From an uncultured Chloroflexia bacterium (GTDB lineage Bacteria > Chloroflexota > Anaerolineae > JAAYZQ01), in the NCBI GenBank assembly GCA_963700285.1, contig CAVOXA010000014.1, forward strand, positions 832,001-896,000: 64,000 nucleotides of DNA, written 5' to 3'. Below, in pieces: positions 58,253 to 64,000 of the stretch. Numbering within the stretch: the stretch's first letter is position 1; each line of letters starts with the position of its first letter. The notes beneath the pieces are model-generated. The model was not told the origin of the DNA. It did not search any database and was given only the letters and a program-made list of their open reading frames with translations. Position numbers and translations under genes: made by a program.

Positions 58253-59620
58253 ATGTTCGACGTTGCCATCATCAACGGGACATTGATTACAGCAGAGGCC
58301 AGTACACAAGCGGACCTTGGCATCACGGACGGCCAGATCGCTGCCGTGGGCACGGGGCTGACCGCGCGCCGGACGATCGATGCGGCAGGGATGCTGGTAC
58401 TGCCGGGAGCCGTGGATGAACACGTGCACCTCCAGATGCCAGTCGGTGATTTTGCATCAAGCGACGATTTCTACAGCGGTACAGTGGCCGCCGCCTGCGG
58501 CGGCACGACCACAGTGATAGACTTTGTCGAGCCTCAACCGGATCAATTGCTTCTGGAGGCGCTCCTTGCTCGCCGGGCCGAGGCTGATGGTAAGGCAACG
58601 ATCGACTATGGTCTGCACATGACGCTGCGGCAAGCCGACGACACGACTCTGGCCCAGATCCCCGAATCAATCAAAGCCGGTTCGGCCAGTTTCAAGCTAT
58701 ACATGGCCTATGAGGGCATACGGTTGGACGATGGCGGCCTTTTTCGGGCGCTGGCAGCACTCAGGGAACAGGGCGGCAGGGTACTGGTCCACGCCGAGAA
58801 TCACCACGCCATCGCCTACCTGACCGCTCAGGCATTGGCGCAAGGGCGCACTGGCCCTGAGAATCACCCTCTCACCCGACCAGCGGTGATGGAAGCCGAG
58901 GCGATCCACCGTTTGCTGGCAATCGCCTATGTCGCCGGCTCCCCGGTGGTGTTGGCCCACCTGTCCTGCGCCCTGGGCCTGGAGAAAGTACGGGCCGCCC
59001 GCACGCGGGGGCAGACCGTGTGGGTTGAAACCTGCCCCCAGTACCTGCTCCTGGACGAGAGTGAGTATCGTCGTCCGGGGTTCGAGGGAGCCAAATTCGT
59101 GATGGCGCCACCGCCTCGCACCAAAGCGGACCGGGCCGCGCTTTGGGCTGGCTTGGCGGCCGGCGAGGTCAATACAGTCGCCACCGACCACTGTCCCTTC
59201 CTCTATGAAACGCAAAAGACGCGAGGGCGCGAGGATTTCACCCTCATCCCGGGTGGCGCACCGGGTATTGAGACTCGCCTGACCCTGACTTACAACCATG
59301 GGGTTCGGCCTGGGATCCTGAGCCCGCAGCGCTGGGTGGAGGCATGCTGCACGGAACCGGCGCGCCGCTTTGGGCTGGCGCCGCAGAAGGGAACACTGGC
59401 CGTGGGTACCGATGCAGATGTGGTAGTCTTTGATCCCCAACGAAAAGTCACACTCGCAGCCGAGACCCTGCACCAAAAGGTGGACTATTGCCCCTATGAG
59501 GGCTGGAAAGTACGCGGCTACCCAGTGACCGTCCTCTCAAAGGGGCAGATCATCGTGCAAGACGGTTCGTTTGTGGGCGCCGCCGGCCACGGGCAGTTCC
59601 TGCACACGGAACCACTTTGA
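58253..59620 (+). CDS. hydA: Dihydropyrimidinase / D-hydantoinase
   Basis: PG.VDEHVH, GGTTT.IDF, SFKLYMAY, VHAEN, ETCPQYL, TDHCPF. Confidence 0.92.
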   Translation: MFDVAIINGTLITAEASTQADLGITDGQIAAVGTGLTARRTIDAAGMLVLPGAVDEHVHLQMPVGDFASSDDFYSGTVAAACGGTTTVIDFVEPQPDQLLLEALLARRAEADGKATIDYGLHMTLRQADDTTLAQIPESIKAGSASFKLYMAYEGIRLDDGGLFRALAALREQGGRVLVHAENHHAIAYLTAQALAQGRTGPENHPLTRPAVMEAEAIHRLLAIAYVAGSPVVLAHLSCALGLEKVRAARTRGQTVWVETCPQYLLLDESEYRRPGFEGAKFVMAPPPRTKADRAALWAGLAAGEVNTVATDHCPFLYETQKTRGREDFTLIPGGAPGIETRLTLTYNHGVRPGILSPQRWVEACCTEPARRFGLAPQKGTLAVGTDADVVVFDPQRKVTLAAETLHQKVDYCPYEGWKVRGYPVTVLSKGQIIVQDGSFVGAAGHGQFLHTEPL

Positions 59621-59792
59621 GTTCACTTGGCGGGCGGCGCCTTTGCTTCACTGCCTTTTTCCCTCGGGGACAATGTGACATGCTGGCCGCAACGCCGCGA
59701 GTGAGAAAGATCATTGCCCAAACCCGTCCTTCTCCCCAGCAAAGCGGGCGATCGTCGGCGTGCTCTCGTTCTGTATCCAGTGAACGGCCAAT

Positions 59793-59820
59793 AGAAAACC
59801 CCGCCTGTGGATGGCGGGGT
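59793..59820 (-). terminator. Rho-independent terminator after receiver gene
   Basis: ACCCCGCC-7nt-GGCGGGGT stem followed by TTTCT on minus strand. Confidence 0.7.
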
Positions 59821-59858
59821 CCCAAATAAGTGCGCGCAAGCGGCTCAATATCCTGTGT

Positions 59859-60251
59859 TCAGTGCAGACAGGCCTGAACCTCCTCCAGCAACCCATCCAT
59901 ACCCAGGAGAGTATGAGCGTAATAGTAGGTATGGCTATTTTCGCCGTTGCGGCTTTTTCGCTGAAGCTCACGGATCTGGTCATCGCCAGAAAAACTCACA
60001 AAGAGAAAAGGTACATCGGCCCAATGAGGAGTTTTTCGGATCTGCTCGGAAATACGGTGACCATCAGACGCTGAACTGGAGAGGTCCACGATGACGAGGT
60101 TTGGCGCAACAGCACGCATCGGCTGGTCTGAGCCCACCCAGCTTGATGACATATCCACATTATAACCAACCAACTGCAGCAGGTCGGCTACACCCTCAAC
60201 TATAGAAGAACTCTGGCCGATCACCAGAATCCGTCGTCTGCCGTTGTTCAT
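59859..60251 (-). CDS. Single-domain atypical response-regulator receiver
   Basis: RILVI, GY.V, P.LVIVD, DG, VP.LFVS; lacks acidic pair and conserved Lys. Confidence 0.7.
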   Translation of the reverse strand: MNNGRRRILVIGQSSSIVEGVADLLQLVGYNVDMSSSWVGSDQPMRAVAPNLVIVDLSSSASDGHRISEQIRKTPHWADVPFLFVSFSGDDQIRELQRKSRNGENSHTYYYAHTLLGMDGLLEEVQACLH

Positions 60252-60442
60252 TTCGTGCCATCTTCCACATGCTACCGGTATTCAAACGCCGGTCAAAGTA
60301 CCCAGACTTTGGAGTGTACACGACCATAATAGCATAGGAAGACAAAAGATGATATCCACCCCAGGGAGGATGTCAGGAGGTAGATTTTCTGAGCCCATGG
60401 ATTACGGCATGCGATCAATTGGTACTACCATACCTTGCCGTA

Positions 60443-61111
60443 TCAAGTCCTGGGTTCTGGGACGAGACCATTTCTCATGGCAAACAGACGCAGCTCAGCC
60501 TTGCTGGCAAGATTCAGCTTGTTGTATATATTGCGTAAGTGCGTCTTGATGGTCTTTTCGCTGAGATAGAGCTCTGTCGCAATATCCGCGTTCTTGAGGC
60601 CTCGGCTTGCCAGCTCAAAGACCTCCCGCTCGCGCGGCGTCAGCGCGTGGAGCGCTTCTTCTTGGCGGCCTGACTCTGCTTGGAGACGGCTCAGCTGTTG
60701 CACAACCTTGGCAGCCACTGATGGCGCCAAAAGTACCTCGCCCCGGTACACGGACCGGATATTGTCCGCTAGGCGCTCGCCGCTTACCGTCTTGAGCACA
60801 TAGCCTGAAGCCCCAGAGATCAACGCAGAACTCACTTCGTCGTCGTCGTCGTAAGCCGACAAGATCAATACCTTCGACTTGGGGCTCTTGCGGAGCAGCT
60901 CACGGCAAAAGTCCGCGCCATTGCCATCGGGCAGGTGCAGATCCAGGAGGATCACATCAGGTTCCACCTCAGCCATCATCGCCAATGCCTCATCCCCCCG
61001 GCTAGCCTCACCAATTACGTCAAAGTCCTCTTCCAGGTCTAGCAGAGCCCGTAGGCCCTCACGGAAGACAACATGATCGTCGACGATTAGCATCTCAAGC
61101 ATAGCCATCAC
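60443..61111 (-). CDS. NarL/LuxR-family response regulator
   Basis: IVDDH, LLDL.LPD, GYVLK, LTPRE.EV, N..IA..L.LSEKT.K.H. Confidence 0.95.
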   Translation of the reverse strand: MMAMLEMLIVDDHVVFREGLRALLDLEEDFDVIGEASRGDEALAMMAEVEPDVILLDLHLPDGNGADFCRELLRKSPKSKVLILSAYDDDDEVSSALISGASGYVLKTVSGERLADNIRSVYRGEVLLAPSVAAKVVQQLSRLQAESGRQEEALHALTPREREVFELASRGLKNADIATELYLSEKTIKTHLRNIYNKLNLASKAELRLFAMRNGLVPEPRT

Positions 61112-61214
61112 TCTCCCTCTGCGGTTTCACCCTACGCTCCAACCGGTCTCTGCTCGTGGACAACCCGCCCACTGCGAGAGCGCCAGGGCCAGTTGCGCCG
61201 GTATCCAACCCGCT

Positions 61215-63383
61215 CTACTTATCACCCTCCAGCCTCCTGAGTGGGAACTGTAGGGCAAAGACGCTTCCCTTTCCTACTTGACTCTCAAGGGTGACCTTGC
61301 CTCCATGTTGCAGCATCAATTCCCGCACGATTGCCAATCCCAGACCTGTACCCGTCGAGCCTGGCGTGTTGTTGCTGCCCCGATAGAAACGCTCAAATAT
61401 CTTGGCTTGTTCGTCCTCTTCGATGCCCACGCCCCCATCACCAACAGAAACCTCCAGCATCCGACGGGAATTTCCACCAATCTCGCGTATTGCCACCCAC
61501 ACCGTCCCACCTCGAGGTGTGTATTTAAGTGCATTGTCCAGAAGGTTGGTCAGCATCTGGATGAAATGGTTCTTGTCGGCCCAGAGGGCTGGAACTCTGT
61601 CCCGCACGCGATTGGTTAACTGAATGCCGCTCTTGCTCGCCGTCTCCTCATAGACCTCCAGTACCTGAGCCACGATCTCTTCTGCGGGCAGCATCTCCTG
61701 GTGAACACTCAAGCTCCGTCGGTCCAGACGGGTCAGGTCCAGGATATTCTCTACCATTGTTTCCAGGCGATGGGTTTCCTGCTCGATGGTTTGCAGATAG
61801 AATACCTGCTTCTCTGGGCGACCCTTGCGAGCCAGAGTTGCATACAACTTGATCACAGCTAGAGGAGTACGCAATTCATGGGAAACGTTGGACACAAAGC
61901 GAGATTTTAGCTGGTCGAGGTCATGGAGCTGCGCATGCTTCTCGCGCAATTCGCGGAGGTGGTCAACGCGCTCCTCTTCAAGGATTTTGAGCGAACTTAC
62001 ATCTTCTACCATCATCACCACATTGCCACCGGCATCGTCCGAAATCTGCGCTAGAGCGAGGGACATCCGCGCCTGACGCTGCTGGCCCTGGAAGAGTGCG
62101 ATGCGAGCATCTACTTGCCGGCGCTGCCCCGTAATGGATACCTCTTCCAAAGCATGGAGTAATCGTCGTGCGTCGCTCTGTACCAAGAATTCGGACAGAT
62201 TGCGGCCGACCAGGTGATGCTCGGAAGGGGAAAAAAGCGCGGCCAACGAAGGGTTACAGACTCGAATATCGCCAGTTACCGTGACCACGCCGACCCCGAG
62301 TGGTGCGGACTGCAGTACCAGCTCGTAGTCATAATTGACCGGCTCTGGCGCCCTCCGGCAAGTCCGCTCCACGATCAGCGAAGCCTGGCTCGCCAGATGG
62401 GTCATGAGACGGATGGCGTCCCGACCAAAGCCATACCTGGTCCCCGGCTCGGCGACACCCAACATCCCCACCTGCTCGCCCCCAGCCCGAAGCGGCAGGA
62501 TGAGCGTATTCTCAATCCCAAGATTCGCCATCTTTTGCTGGTCGGAGGGGCCAGCACCCAGCGAAGTAGTGCTCGCGACCCAGTCTGAGGAAGGGTATGA
62601 GGGAGAGGCCAAACCAGCCAGGGTTCCATCTCCGCGCAGGACGGTTGCCCTGAGCCGATCTCGTTGGACGCCAAGGGCAGCTACGCAGCGCAGAGAGTCA
62701 CTGCCCTCCCCCATAAGGAAGACAAAAGCATGCCTGGCTCCTGTAGAATCGAATGCCTCGCGTACCACCGGCATCAAGTCCGTACCCACGTCCACCGGCT
62801 GAGGGGGTGTGGGCAAGCGTGGCTCGACGAATTCACGAAGGCGCTGGCGCGTGTCATCGACAAGTTTGGTCCGGTATAGGATAGGCGCGACATAGCAGGC
62901 AATCTCTGTCGCGCGCTCAATGTCAGCTTTGTCGAAATGCGACGCCTCAAGGTGCGTCCACTCCAAGAGCCCAATGATGCGGCTGTCCAGGGAAAGAGGT
63001 ACACCGAGCCAGGATCTCACGCGCTCTTCTCCTGGAACAGGCCGCCAGCGCACATCATCCTGCGTATCGGATACAACTATTGCACGGCCGCCATCCAGAA
63101 CCGCACGTGCTGCTCCCATCTGGCTCACTGGCAGGGTCAGGCCAGGCAGTGGAGCGGTCGGGCCGCTGCCCGCCAGCACCTTGAGATGATCGCCCTCCAG
63201 CCACATCACTGAGGTGCCATCACACACCACCACACCTCCGGCTCCTTCAAGAAGCCGGGTCTGCGCGACGCGGAAATCTGTCGCAAGACTAACGCTATGG
63301 ATCAATTCCAGCAATTCACTGCGCCAATCTGTCGACTGCATTCGCTGCCTACTCACTTTATCTCCCATCTTACTGTCCGACAA
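61215..63383 (-). CDS. Cytoplasmic GAF-GAF-PAS sensor histidine kinase (HisKA/HATPase_c)
   Basis: SWLGVPL, LILPL GAF motifs; PAS; SHELRTPL, NLLDNALKY, D.G.GI, FERFYR, GTGLGL; no TM. Confidence 0.92.
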   Translation of the reverse strand: MSDSKMGDKVSRQRMQSTDWRSELLELIHSVSLATDFRVAQTRLLEGAGGVVVCDGTSVMWLEGDHLKVLAGSGPTAPLPGLTLPVSQMGAARAVLDGGRAIVVSDTQDDVRWRPVPGEERVRSWLGVPLSLDSRIIGLLEWTHLEASHFDKADIERATEIACYVAPILYRTKLVDDTRQRLREFVEPRLPTPPQPVDVGTDLMPVVREAFDSTGARHAFVFLMGEGSDSLRCVAALGVQRDRLRATVLRGDGTLAGLASPSYPSSDWVASTTSLGAGPSDQQKMANLGIENTLILPLRAGGEQVGMLGVAEPGTRYGFGRDAIRLMTHLASQASLIVERTCRRAPEPVNYDYELVLQSAPLGVGVVTVTGDIRVCNPSLAALFSPSEHHLVGRNLSEFLVQSDARRLLHALEEVSITGQRRQVDARIALFQGQQRQARMSLALAQISDDAGGNVVMMVEDVSSLKILEEERVDHLRELREKHAQLHDLDQLKSRFVSNVSHELRTPLAVIKLYATLARKGRPEKQVFYLQTIEQETHRLETMVENILDLTRLDRRSLSVHQEMLPAEEIVAQVLEVYEETASKSGIQLTNRVRDRVPALWADKNHFIQMLTNLLDNALKYTPRGGTVWVAIREIGGNSRRMLEVSVGDGGVGIEEDEQAKIFERFYRGSNNTPGSTGTGLGLAIVRELMLQHGGKVTLESQVGKGSVFALQFPLRRLEGDK

Positions 63384-63395
63384 GATTACTATGCT

Positions 63396-63454
63396 ATTAT
63401 ACCACTATTTCGCGAAAGCGCAAAGTAGCCTAGTTACCGAAAGTGTGCTATAAT
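63396..63454. promoter_or_regulatory. Divergent promoters for kinase (-) and nitrilase (+)
   Basis: (-) TTGCGC-16-TATAAT at 63396-63423; (+) TGTGC-TATAAT at 63444-63454. Confidence 0.6.
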
Positions 63455-63484
63455 AGAAGAATACTACGAACGGAGGAGGACCCA

Positions 63485-64000
63485 ATGGAAAACACGACCG
63501 TTGCCTGTGTTCAGCAACGAATGGCCATCATGGAGACCCGCGAGGAATTCGAGGCTGAAGCCGGTCGCTTCCTGCACCAGGCCCGGGCCAAAGCAGCACA
63601 ACTTGTCATTTTTCCCGAGCTGGCCGGTTTGATGCTGGCGCCTCCCCTGATCTCTGGCTTCAAGCTGGGCTTCATCAAACGGGCAGATCAGGGCAACAGG
63701 CCCACTGCTGGTCTTGTACGCCGGCGCCTGGGACGTGTTTCGGGTGCCGCTGCCGGGGCCATCGGAGGAGGGTTTCGCGGCAGTCTGATTCGGCTGCTGG
63801 CCAAGAACAGCGATGCTCTCCTCAACGTCTATCTGGATACCTATAGCAGTCTCGCGCGAGAATATGGTTCGGCCATCCTAGGTGGCAGCCTGTATACCGT
63901 TGATGCCGAAACCGAACAGGTACGCAATCGAGCCTATCTCTTTGATGCAAGCGGTGAAGTGCTGGGTTATCAGGACAAGCTCAATCTCAACCCGGACGAA
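63485..64000 (+). CDS. Carbon-nitrogen hydrolase (nitrilase family), 3'-truncated by window edge
   Basis: My translation: VACVQ, LVIFPE, ILGGS, NRAYLFD..G, QDK; GGAGG RBS. Confidence 0.85.
   Translation, partial: MENTTVACVQQRMAIMETREEFEAEAGRFLHQARAKAAQLVIFPELAGLMLAPPLISGFKLGFIKRADQGNRPTAGLVRRRLGRVSGAAAGAIGGGFRGSLIRLLAKNSDALLNVYLDTYSSLAREYGSAILGGSLYTVDAETEQVRNRAYLFDASGEVLGYQDKLNLNPDE

Noticed and set aside
1-64000. tRNA, rRNA, CRISPR, transposase, prophage or defence genes
   Set aside because: None recognised; nearly all sequence is accounted for by CDS and short promoter-bearing gaps

Overview
GC-rich bacterial chromosomal window, most likely Chloroflexota (Anaerolineae-like). This is inferred from the Pro/Thr-linker surface proteins, a C-terminal YLPL-type motif, FHA-TPR-TolB architecture and gene content. 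1-25.7 kb is a surface-glycan locus: wzz (frameshifted at a G7 tract), a TPR protein, wzx, GNAT, ATP-grasp and deacetylase tailoring genes, wzy, GT4s, a PglC/D/E/F-like bacillosamine set, an inverted SAF-dehydrogenase plus GT2 pair, a second O-antigen-ligase-family gene and a TagA/WecG GT. 25.7-41 kb is a complete complex I operon (nuoA,B,CD,E,F,G,H-N) with a ferritin-like diiron gene inserted between nuoE and nuoF and a Rex-like palindrome over its promoter. 41-64 kb holds an AlkZ/YcaQ-related gene, mnmG coupled to an FHA-TPR-TolB gene, an ABC1/UbiB kinase, a stand-alone eRF1-like N-domain, an M14 peptidase, mfd, pth, an internally deleted methyltransferase + LysE + divergent CysK operon, dihydropyrimidinase, a three-gene signalling cluster and a partial nitrilase. 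I saw no rRNA, tRNA, CRISPR array or mobile element. All family calls come from motifs read by eye, not database searches.
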